NCBI GenBank assembly: GCA_001642005.1
Contig: LWCA01000311.1
Coordinates: forward strand, 1 to 32,750
Source of the DNA: Intoshia linei
Lineage: Eukaryota > Animalia > Orthonectida
Direction of reading: 5' to 3'
DNA: 32,750 bases
Under the pieces are notes generated by a model. The model saw only the letters and a list, made by a program, of their open reading frames with translations. It made no database searches and was not told the origin of the DNA. The number at the start of each line of letters is the position of its first letter. Within the stretch, counting starts at the first letter, position 1. The position numbers were made by a program, and so were the translations under genes. Shown one piece after another: positions 1-10,550 of the stretch.

Positions 1-370
1 TTTATTTCTATATACTTTTTTGTTGAGTTACTTACAATTTGCGATTACTATTTTACTTACAAAAATGCAATTATGTACTGACAAGAAATCAATTAAAAAC
101 TGACAAATATGTAATTGAATGCTGACAAAATACATTTTATTACTGACATTTTAGTGTTTATACTGACAGTTTTATGTTGAAAATACAGAAAATTTTTATT
201 TGTAAAATATAAAATGTCAAGCCAAGACCCTTTGAGAGATGGATAGGGGCTATATCACACTTAGCATCGTTTGCAAAAATATTCTTAGGAACCCATTTTT
301 CATTTTCGGTGGCCTCAAACTTTGAGGTGCGGCTCTGTTTTTCCAATTTCATATTTTGACACTGATTTAG

Positions 371-663
371 AATTTAATTATTAAAACCAAGGAAGAAGCA
401 TGGGCTGATATATTGGAAGGGGTAGTGAATGTTGTAAATAATTTGACATTAAATTTACAAGTATAAGTATGCAGTTATTTAAAAATATATAAATTTTTGA
501 TTTTTGTATTTAGGAAAAAGTTTTATTTGAAATTTGTTGGATTCCAACAAATCGTGTTTTGATTGAAGATATACCTAATGTAAAAAACGATAAGATGTTG
601 TTATCACTCAAAGATATGATTATGTTAAATGCCAAAATTTCTGCTGTATATTTTATTATTTAG
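371..663 (+). CDS. Two candidate exons (371-460, 514-663) of an unidentified gene, possibly the 3' end of a gene entering from the left
   Basis: tttag acceptors at 370 and 513 and a caa|gtataag donor at 461. The phase-0 join reads NLIIKTKEEAWADILEGVVNVVNNLTLNLQ/EKVLFEICWIPTNRVLIEDIPNVKNDKMLLSLKDM...stop. No family recognised. Confidence 0.3.
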
Positions 664-1418
664 GTTACCTGAGGGGTAAATGTAATTTTCTACCAGTCAT
701 TTTTAAAACTTATAAAAACATTGGTACATTTTTTTAGTTTGTATGTTCTAATATAGAAGTGGAAAATATAGGTAAGAGGGTTAAGGGTTGGTAAATTTTT
801 GTTCTTTCCTCATAATATTTTACTAAATTGAATAAAATATGCTAAAAATGTATCCTTCACCCCACTTATCTAAAATTTTTGTATTCACCTTTTCATAAAA
901 CGATTATTAAAAACATTAGGGTGACCAATGACCCATGATAAACGCTGGTGCCTTTTTTAAATTTTTTTGGGACTGCAGTAACAGTAAATGCTTCCCAACC
1001 TCTGGTATAATATATAGTTGGCCCATCCAAACTTACTTAAATGTACTAAGAATAAAAAATGATCTTTGAATCGGTTAATATAGATGTATCATCTCATTTT
1101 TTTCTATTAACAAATGTAAATTTATAAAAATACTCACTTTGAGAGCTTGATAAATTATATAAATGACCATTGGTGACTTTTCAGAAGACGTGTGTAAGAA
1201 ATAATGTAATCTTAGTAGAACAAATTGAAAATTTTTATTTTGATGAATTTTTCATTTATAATATGAATAGACTTTGAAAAATATAAAGAAAATTAAAATT
1301 ATCAATATGAAAATGGAAAAATATATAAATACTTTGGACTTCAAAATGATTTAATTGTATTTATTTGCTAAAATGTAAAAATTAAAAATTTAATTAACAA
1401 TAAAATGTAATTAATAAA

Positions 1419-2447
1419 TCACTTTGTTAACTTTAACAATTCTTTTTCAATATCAACATCTTCAACTGTATCTGTCTTTATGATTGAATTTCTAATATGT
1501 GGTGATTTATCGAGTAATTCTAAAGAGCAATGTAACAATTTACCATGAAAATGAAATATTCATGTATATTTTTACCTTGGCTGATTTCATCGATAATATT
1601 TGTTATTTCTTGATCAGCTTCCAATTCTATGTCTGGTTCTTCCATAATAGACATTGCATCCTCAATATTTTCTTCAATTAGTCCTGCCTAATTTAATTTA
1701 CATGTTAAAAAGTTTTAAATACAATTATTAGTTTTTTAACGTACTTTGTTTAATTCAATGCTGAGGTTTTTTAATGATTCAACGTGACTTGGTGTATCCA
1801 TCATTTTGTTTATAGATTTTAAAACGCTAGTAGCAGATTTCGTGTTTTTTATTATATCACTATATGCTAAAAATGTGAATGTATATTGATAAAAAAATAG
1901 TACGAAATTTTTGTTAAAATTTAAATGATGTTTAAAAAAGGAAAAGAACTAAATTAATATATAAAAAAAATTACAATTTATTTTAATCAAATTGTAGTTG
2001 TTTTTTTATGGATTGGCATAGGTTTGGTTTACAAACATCATTTCATATACCACCTTTATATATGATCCAGTGTCCACTATATGAAAAAATAATAAACCTT
2101 GCATAGTCTGCATTTTGGCTATAATCACAGAATATTGTGCACCTCGGTTAATCATTTTATCTAATTGCCTACTAGTTTCCACCAACTGTTTAGCCAGTAC
2201 TGTTGCCGCTTGTCTGTTTTTGTTTAACAAATGAGTTTTAATATTTATTCGAGTTTTTTGACATATTCTTTCAATTTCTAAATGTTCAATTTATTAATAT
2301 TTAAATTTAATTTAACAACTTGAAAATTTGTAATTTTTTTTTAATTTTCTATTTGCAAATCTCCAAATTATGAGTGAAATGATAACTTTTAACTTGTCTT
2401 TCATTTTCTCGGCTGGCTCGATTTATTTTTTGACGAATTTCTTTTGC
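1419..2447 (-). CDS. CHMP3: Divergent ESCRT-III (Snf7-domain) subunit, CHMP3/Vps24-like. Exons 2447-2387, 2277-2098, 1866-1745, 1687-1576, 1519-1419; first exon and start not resolved
   Basis: All four introns are GT-AG and phase-compatible. Spliced protein AKEIRQKINRASRENERQVKKIERICQK...AATVLAKQLVETSRQLDKM...KSATSVLKSINKMM...SLKNLSIELNKAGLIEENIEDAM...ELEADQEITNIIDEIS matches recalled CHMP3 motifs (VLAKEMIRSRK, KSTEVMK, MRELSKEMMKAGIIEEM, EEAEMEIDRILFEIT). Confidence 0.8.
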
Positions 2448-3465
2448 CTAATGATTTTGAATTTACATAATTTAAAATTCATTAAAATCTAACCCCTATT
2501 GGGTAGATGAGTGCACTCGTTTTTTTCACATTTTCAAAAATTAATATAAAAAAATATGAATTTTATTACATCAACTGTTGATCATTTGTTTCATTTTACA
2601 AAATCTCAACTAATTCTATCTAAAATCAAATGTCAATTTCACCGATTGAAACTTTGATTTTTGGAATCCCCGTTAAAATGTAAATATTTTTAGTAGTTTT
2701 TATTTTAATTTTGAAAATGGTAATATATTTTTTAACAATAAAAACATCAAATTCAGAAGTGAACAGAAAAAATTATTTACAGTAATGTTAATTTCTTATA
2801 AAATACCCAAAATATCAGTGAAACGGTAAAAATTTGAATAGATCCACTTTGAAAATGACTAGATTATTAAGCTCTTTGTTTTGATTCTTTAATTATAATT
2901 AAAATTACTTTTTTTTGGTTGTCGTTTGATTTAAACATTATTCTTTCTTTCGAGAAATATATCTGAAATATTTATAGATTCATAGGTAACCGTGAACTTT
3001 ATTATGTTATTAATAATGAATTATTTTTATTTTCATGTCTAAATTGAAATCCGTACATTGGGAAATTCATTGTTTTATACATGGACATGACGTATATCTT
3101 TACCATTTATCCAAGTTGTATTTCAGTGTGAATTGAATTGTGGAAGAATAATAATCAATGAAAAACTGGGAATATTAAGTTTTTACGTATGACTTCACTG
3201 CATTCGATAAACTTGGAACAACACTGGCAGATAAAATGTTCGTATTGTTGTACATTTTTATTTAATTGTAGTTTTTTCTATGGACCTAATTTTTTATTTT
3301 TTTACCACCTTAGATCTTGGTAGGTACCTGAAAATTATAAATCCTTTACTTGTATAAATCGAATGTCTGTGTCTGTGTGTTACAGTTTATTTATAAAATT
3401 GACAGTCGTAGAATTAAACAAATCCAATTTTTAACACAGTTTTTTCCGGGACGTGTTTATTATAA

Positions 3466-3496
3466 AAAAATAGATATAAAGTTTATATCTATTTTT
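3466..3496. repeat. Perfect 15-bp palindrome with a 1-nt loop
   Basis: aaaaatagatataaa-g-tttatatctattttt. Confidence 0.85.
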
Positions 3497-3873
3497 CAGT
3501 TTCAGAATTTGAGTCCTTCAGGGTCAAAAACCCAATTAGCCCTTTTATTTAGAAATAAAATTAGCCCAATAATTTAATAAAACATTCTGGACACGTTAAA
3601 ATCATTAATATTTTCGTAAATCTCAGCCTCAGAAACGCATACATATACCTTCATGGTCAAAACTACAAATTACGATATTTTTAAAAAATAAAACATGTAC
3701 TAAAATTTTATAAAATACTAGAAGATTCCCACAATAAAAATGTTAGGAGAAGGTAATGTAGTAGGAAAGGAAAGATACATCTTAATTTTTAAAAAAAATT
3801 TGAAAAGTTCCGATTTTGGTATGCGACAATAATTAACGGAATCAGCACTTTAGAAACATATTTCAGATTAATT

Positions 3874-4230
3874 TTACCAAGATTGGAAAGCATTGTAATG
3901 AATATAAAAATGATAATAACATAGTTTGTACTTCGTTGTTGTAGTTTTTAGACTAAAATATTTTGAAAATGAGAATTTGAGAATGAAAAATTGCGTAGCA
4001 ATGAAAAAAAATCCGAAGGAATGAATTATATAGATTTCCACCCACATTTCTTTATTGGAAGTGTATAGACATTCAATGCACATTTTTTTTGAAATTGTAG
4101 GATCAATATTTTTATTTTAATCAAAATATGGTTAATATATTAAAAATTATTTTTCACCGGGAATGCGTAGATCTGGAGTTGAAATTTTGTATTTATATCA
4201 ACTGGAATAAGTTCTATCAGAAATCTTTTT
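3874..4230 (-). repeat. Dispersed repeat: inverted copy of the interior of the 29621-30215 element, with a third partial copy at ~31513-31588
   Basis: Shared blocks such as cttattccagttgatataaataca and ctacgcattccc. The ORFs 3874-4083(-) and 29876-30106(+) translate similarly (KEMWVEIYIIHSF / KEIWVKIYIVHSF). Confidence 0.85.
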
Positions 4231-4339
4231 TTTTAATTACAAAAAATTTGAAATAATTAAAAAAATAAATATTATTCTGATTCAACTTATTCCAGTTGAT
4301 ATAAATACAAAATTTCAGCCCCAGAATTCTGCGCATTCC
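4160..4339. repeat. Long inverted repeat (arms ~4160-4222 and ~4275-4339)
   Basis: Perfect 34-bp core: 4180-4213 tgaaattttgtatttatatcaactggaataagtt is the exact reverse complement of 4284-4317. Imperfect pairing extends out to ggaatgcg/cgcattcc. Confidence 0.92.
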
Positions 4340-4344
4340 TGTTA

Positions 4345-4445
4345 TAGATTTTCTTATTTAATTTATTTTTTGGGGTAGCATTAAAAATGTCCGCCCTCGG
4401 CAGAGCTAGGTGCTGTTTGTACGTAGTACATAAAATTCAATCTAG
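4345..4445 (-). repeat. Dispersed repeat, inverted copy of ~30998-31095
   Basis: gccctcggcagagctaggtgctgtttgtacgtagtacataa is the reverse complement of ttatgtactacgtacaaacaggacctagctctgccgagggc with one mismatch. Confidence 0.88.
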
Positions 4446-4568
4446 TAATGTAATAAAAGTAAACACTTATAGCTTAAATAACTCTTAAATCATCTCAAAC
4501 TAACATTGTTTATCAAAGTGATATAAAATTTATAATCATTTCCAATGGAAATTTTTCATATACTAAAC

Positions 4569-5289
4569 TATTGCTTCCCAAATTTTTTCCACCATGGACC
4601 ACTTGTCACAAAAAAAATGTGTGTGGACCACATAATTTTTTAAAAAATCCTCTTAAACCTGAAAACGCCACTAAGGTAAAATTTTTATATTCCATTCATA
4701 TATCTCCATTAAATTATACATTAATTTTGACAAGGTAGATTCAATGGCGTAATTAAACTAATTCTTAATTTCAAACATACTTATTGTGAACTACCAGTGC
4801 CGTATGCGAGATCTTTCCACCTAGGGATCTCGACGAAATTTTTTTTAAAATGGAGGCTTTAATTTATTAAATTGGGCATTAAAAAAAATCTTGAATATCA
4901 ACTAATTTGAGTGTTAAATTTAAAATATCAACTCAAAAGTCTTAGAAAGGTGGATAGAGTTATATGAAATTATAATTCGTTTACAAAATTTTGTAACGGT
5001 CTATTTTTCATTTTTGAAGTGGCGACGGGCTTGCTAGGTTCTATTCCGGAAACTACAATCGAACTAAGTTAAATCGTTACATAGTTTAAATTTAACGCAT
5101 GTGAAAATTATTCACGTTATTCACAGTTACTCAGTAAATTTTCACTTTATTTTGATTAAATCATGTTTACGTTCACTAATAATAATAATAAATGATCGAT
5201 ACAATTCTAATTTATTATTATTATTGTTAAAAAAAGGTTATCTTCAAATTATTTAAAATTTTTCTTGTGAACCACTTTGGGAATTACTG
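4569..5289. mobile_element. hAT-type non-autonomous element (MITE), probably with a nested insertion
   Basis: Ends tattgcttcccaaa ... tttgggaattactg; flanking 8-mers tactaaac/tgctaaac (7/8). Confidence 0.7.
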
Positions 5290-5772
5290 TGCTAAACAAA
5301 CCCAAAAGTTAAACTACAATCAATATAACCGTTACATGGCTTGAGAGAATAGTTTTTCATGATATACTAAGAATTAACATACTTTCGTAGTTCCTAAAAT
5401 AACATGCAACCACACACTGTGGATATAGTTACATGATAGGGTCATTGTATAGGTACGGAATTATGGAATAGTAACAAAGTTGGAAACCCTGAACTCAATA
5501 TTATTTATGTATTTCAATTAATCAAATTCACTCAATATCAGCGATGTCAATTGTGGTGCCTTATAATATAAATTTTTATTTTTAAAAAATTAATTTTGTA
5601 CACTATAACCTTTTTTACATATTTTTCATGATAACTATTTCAATAAATAGATATCATTCTCAACTATCAAATCAACAGTTAAAATTTAAGTTTAAATATT
5701 TCATGATCTCTGGCAATTCAGCTAAACATGAATATATTAATAGAATTAAAAAGAACGCAACACTCTATAATG

Positions 5773-5958
5773 CAGGAGTTTCCACACTTTTTTGACGGTG
5801 GACCGGTAATGAATTATAAAATTTATCGCGGACCATTGAAGTGAAACTACTAGGTAACAGTAAAAAAAGATTGATAAAAAACGTAATAAATGGACTCCTA
5901 ATTAGTTAATTTTTTTAAGACCAGTACTGGTTCCCGGATCGGCATTTGGGAAACGCTG
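5773..5958. mobile_element. hAT (Charlie/Buster-like) MITE
   Basis: Ends caggagtttccacac ... ttgggaaacgctg; perfect 8-bp TSD ctataatg at 5765-5772 and 5959-5966. Confidence 0.85.
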
Positions 5959-6222
5959 CTATAATGTATTATTTTTAAATATATAATTTATTTATTATTT
6001 ATCATTTTTTTGATTATAATGTATAATTAATTATAATACAATTAATAATATTATTATGATATATTAAACTAAAGTTATTTTTTATGTCAGAAATTATTCC
6101 AATATTTAATGTTAAATATTAACTATGAACATTGTGCAAATGAATCAAATAAAGTGTAAAGTAAATAAAATTGTTCAATTTCGTTATTTTTATATTATTC
6201 TAAAGTTGTAAGTTGATAACCT

Positions 6223-9200
6223 ATGCAATTATTGGGATATCATCTTGTTCCACTTTCTTTGGTGGTTATATACCCGATAACTTTTTTGACCACGTAATTA
6301 TTTCAGTTAATTTTTATAAATTGACAAATAATATAGATATGTACTAAGCAGATATTACAAGCACACTCCTGCGTTACCATACATCAGGTACTTTTACTTT
6401 TAAACTTTTTGTTTACTTTGGTGTAATGCTAATAATATTTTATGATAATTATTTTTATTTAGTGATACCGGCGTAGAAACACCAGAAAGTTGTATTTTTA
6501 CTTTTGCATTATCTGTAGCTGGTTGTATTTGTAATCTAATTTTATTATATCTCAGTATATATTTACGTTACGTATTTTTTTAATTACATTATGGCATTTT
6601 AAAAGTGCCACGAATATCATTTCATTTTAGATTTAAATGTACATCATACAGTAGCCCTATTGCTATATACAAAATTGGCACATTGACATTGCTGATTAAT
6701 TTCTGTAGAATATGGGTCTGCAACCAATGGCCCGCGGACCAAAAGTGGCCCACAGAATAATTTTGGTGGCCCTTTGAGTTAATATTTATATTATTTATTT
6801 TTAAATTTTTTAACTTTTAAACATCGTTTTCAACATTTTTTAATATAATTGACTCATTATAATCATTTTAATTCTCAAGTTTCAGATCTGGATATTATTT
6901 TTTAAATATACTAGAACCTTTTCTGTACAGTTAAAATGTATCATGTGTAAATTTTCAAAAACGGGCGCATGGAATTTTTTGAAGTAAAAAAGTGACCCAC
7001 AAGACGCAAAAGGTTGCCGACTCCTGCTGTAGAGTCATAATATTTTTGTTTAAAACCATCATCTTAAGTTTTTTTATAATAGTTCATAAATAAACATGTA
7101 GTAACATTTTTTACCTTTCAAAAATGTCAAAATGGAATATTTTAATCCAGTCATTTCCATATGAGAATTGGGTCACACTAGGCAAAAAAGTTATATTTTT
7201 GATAAATGTACTTATATCTGCTCAATTTATAAAAGTGAGGCCCTATTTTTTAACATTTCGTCAGTGCCCAGATTATCATCCCGTTATGAGGAGGGCCTTT
7301 GATATGGTAAGTTCGACGCGGTATGAAAATTTTTAGTAAAAATGGTTTTTTTTTTTGGTGAACTACTCTTCTAATATATATTGTAGAATCTATTTCAAAG
7401 TGGGAATATTATATATGGGCAAAGTGTGACCCTCTTATAAATTTTTGTGACCCGGGATGAAATTAAAAATTTTGAATAATTTAAATTTAATTAATGCAAC
7501 ATTAAATCAGATCATATTCCACTTTTAGAAAAAGCAAAATCACTTATGAGTCATAAGCAGGAATTGAAACTAATTGATTGCAACCAATTTAATTGAAATT
7601 AATTGGTACAAATTATTGAAAAAAAATCAGTTCATTGTTTGTTTAAAAATGAAAAATAATTGCAATAAATAGGTGTTTTGAAATATAAAAAAATTTCAAT
7701 TAATTGCAATTATTTTCAATCCCTGGTGATAAGTATGAGTGAATTATGTTTATTATAATAAACAATAATGATTTATTTTTTTTATGAATTCTGACGAATA
7801 TGAGAATTTACTGCAATCAAATACATTTACTCCTTAAATGTATTGACTATTTAACTGAAAATATTCTTAAACTAGTGAAAATAGGTATAAGGGTTTGTAA
7901 TATTGATTTTAAAAATTGTTTAAAAAAGAAGAAAATACGAAAATAAAGTGAAATTGAAGAATTTTTCTTGGTGTTAAAAGGCCCAATATAAAGTTAAATA
8001 TGAAGTGTGGCCCATTGCACGAAAAAGGGTGTCCACCCCTGTTGTAGATGGTTAAATACGTGAATGTATTAATGATTCGTAATATTAAATTAATTAATTT
8101 GTTATTTAAGCTTGTTTGTATATATACATAAACTACAAAATTATCAAGAGCACGTTGAAAAGTTTAAAAATTATCAACAAAATTGCCGCTGCACTCGGAC
8201 TTACGTCATCCATTGGTCTCGTCGTTGTTGGTAGTTTTCAGGTACATTTTTATAACCTTAATGACTGTTGATTCATTTACAGATCATTATTGGTATTGTT
8301 GTCAATTACTGTAAATAATAATCTTGAATACACCTGCCCAACTCTAATCTCAAGTTATTGTCGAGGCGGGAAAAAAAGTTAAAATTTCAAACTTGTATTT
8401 GCTAATAACTAGACACAAATTATTATTATCTTATATTAACATTTTTGGTTGATTATATCTAGCAGTAATATGTAAATAATTCGATAGTGGATCAAATTAG
8501 TATACTAATTTAAAATTTTCGAGTTAATCTTATTTTTGTACGGTCACGTTGACAGGTCTAAACCAGTGTTTCCCAACCCATTTTGCGTTATCGCCCATTT
8601 TTTAAAATTTTATTAAATATATTATTTTTATCGCCCAGTTAAAATAAAATTTTAAATAATCGGTAGAATATCCAAGAACATATTTTTTGGAAGCAGGCAT
8701 AACTAAATTTTATTAAAATATATTAGGCAACATACTTACTACACAGATAATTGGTGTTAGATAACTTATATAGTCAAACTCTTAATAAATTAATTATCGT
8801 TCAATGTAATTCAATTTTTTTTTATTTCATAAAATTGAAAATTTAATTTGTTGAAAAAAATAAAAAATATTTATTTTCGCATCGCCCAGTAAAAAAGTCA
8901 AATCGCAGACTAGTGGGCGATATTGCCCAGTTTGGGAAACACTGGTCTAAACTGTTGTCAAATATGTTGATTAAATGAACTTAAATTAAAGATTAAGCAA
9001 TATATTTTATTAATATTATTATTAATATATTATTATTATAATTAATTTAAGGGCCTACAATGTTCATCCGATCCAGTCACCCTTTTAGATCTCTATGGCC
9101 CTGTCATTGATAAAACTACTTTCTTTTTAATGATTCAGAAGAAAATAATGATTAATGTAACTATTTTTTTAAACCATTAACCGGGGATGACATTGGATTG

Positions 9201-9862
9201 AATGGCTAATAATAAAATTTATTATAATATTAGGTATCAAATGTAATATTATGTCACGTAATTGGTGCTGCAATGACATTTTTGGGAGGACCAATTTACA
9301 TGCTAATAATCACATATTTATACCATTCAACCAACAAATCTCACAATGTAAACATTCACAGTAAAGGACTAATGGCATTTAGAATAGCACTTTCTAGTTT
9401 AATGACATGTGTTTTAATATGGGGTTAAATATATTTATATATAAATTCAACAGTATAGGTTTCATAGCTACGAAACAAGCCTGGGAATATTTTGATGGGG
9501 ACACAATGTATTCTCCATTCATGTGGAAAGAAACATCAAATGTATACATTTTAAAATTTAAATACAATTAATTAATTGAAAATTGATAAACATATTAGGG
9601 AATAAAATGGCACACGGCATCCGTAATATTGGAGTGGATTACTTTCATTATCTATGTATGTTATATTGCGTCAACCATTCCTCTTTATTATAATGTTGAC
9701 AGTTTAAAAACTACAATGGTCATGAAACACCAATTAGATTACAAATCACAAAATGCACAAAAAAGCCAAATAAAGGACAATGTTCATATTAATATTGATG
9801 CCGATTTTGCCAATTATGAAAATATTTCTCAAAATAAAGATTTATACAGTTCCGAAAAATAA
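6223..9862 (+). CDS. DRAM/TMEM150 (Frag1/DRAM/Sfk1) family multi-pass membrane protein, 285 aa. Exons 6223-6293, 6337-6387, 6463-6530, 8111-8241, 9234-9423, 9459-9541, 9599-9862
   Basis: All introns are GT-AG and in phase (858 nt total). Family motifs LPYISDTGVETPESCIF, NKIAAALGLTSSIGLVVVGSFQ, CHVIGAAMTF and WHTASVILEW, with about six hydrophobic segments. Confidence 0.92.
6711..7026. mobile_element. hAT MITE in DRAM-like intron 3
   Basis: Ends tatgggtctgcaacc ... ggttgccgactcctg; TSD ctgtagaa/ctgtagag; subterminal ggcccgcgg and gtggcccac motifs. Confidence 0.8.
7389..8041. mobile_element. Degenerate hAT MITE hosting the 7558-7725 element
   Basis: Right end gtgtccacccctg followed by ttgtagat; candidate left TSD ttgtagaa at 7381-7388. 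The left TIR is not recognisable. Confidence 0.45.
7558..7725. mobile_element. hAT (Ac-like) MITE with aattg subterminal repeats
   Basis: TIRs caggaattgaaactaattg / caattattttcaatccctg; TSD gtcataag/gtgataag. Confidence 0.85.
8564..8944. mobile_element. hAT (Charlie/Buster-like) MITE in DRAM-like intron 4
   Basis: Perfect 13-bp TIR cagtgtttcccaa / ttgggaaacactg; perfect TSD gtctaaac at 8556-8563 and 8945-8952; repeated atcgccca subterminal motifs. Confidence 0.93.
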
Positions 9863-10550
9863 AAAAAATATATATATTTATTTTGAAATTTCTATTAAAT
9901 AATTTAATGCAATGTTTATCAATGTTAATATTTAAATATATTGATTGATTTTATTTTTAAACGTCAAGGAAGAAATCAGCATATAAATTTGATATAGTTT
10001 GATTTATTAGATAAGGTTTTTATTGATATTTTTTGTTTCAATATAGAATTCTCAATATAAAAGGTCAATTTCCCTAATCAATAGTAACCATTATTTATGT
10101 AAAATATGTACAATAATATTTTAAAAATTAACTTATAAAGGAAAAAGTGTAATATATTAAATGTGTCAATTTCACATTATGTTGATTATATCTAATCACA
10201 GCTGGTAAACTACAACAGTTTGAGGAGACTCGTGGCATGCGAGGTAGCATTTTTCAAAGTGTCAAAGAACATGAGGAAATATCATTGTTTATAAAAATTT
10301 TTCATCAAAATAAATTGAATTTTTTATTACATAGAATACACGACTTTACAGAGTGTGTGAACCGAAAAGAGAGCATTCACTGCATGCAATCAATGATAAA
10401 ATAAAAAGAATAAATTTTGGTCTAAGATTTTCAAACTCAGGTATGTTTAACAAAAGAGATTAATGAATAATCTACAATGTATACTATAAATACATTTGAC
10501 AGTGTTAAAGTCGTAAAAGGTCCATTTTTTTTAAAATTTAAATATTTAAT

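Noticed and set aside
158-352. 64-aa minus-strand ORF
   Set aside because: Overlaps transposon-like termini (ctgaca repeats, ggtgcggctctg) and has no recognisable motif.
890-1260. Possible small minus-strand spliced gene (aaa|gtgagt donor; GPTIYYTRGWEAF frame)
   Set aside because: Every splice combination tried hits a stop; no coherent model.
2940-3660. Moderately GC-richer stretches with short open frames, including ORF 3350-3577
   Set aside because: No phase-consistent exon chain or motif was found; a decayed gene cannot be excluded.
3874-4083. Apparent paralogous ORF pair with 29876-30106
   Set aside because: The similarity comes from a non-coding repeat; indels and the F/I/K/Y-rich composition indicate chance ORFs.
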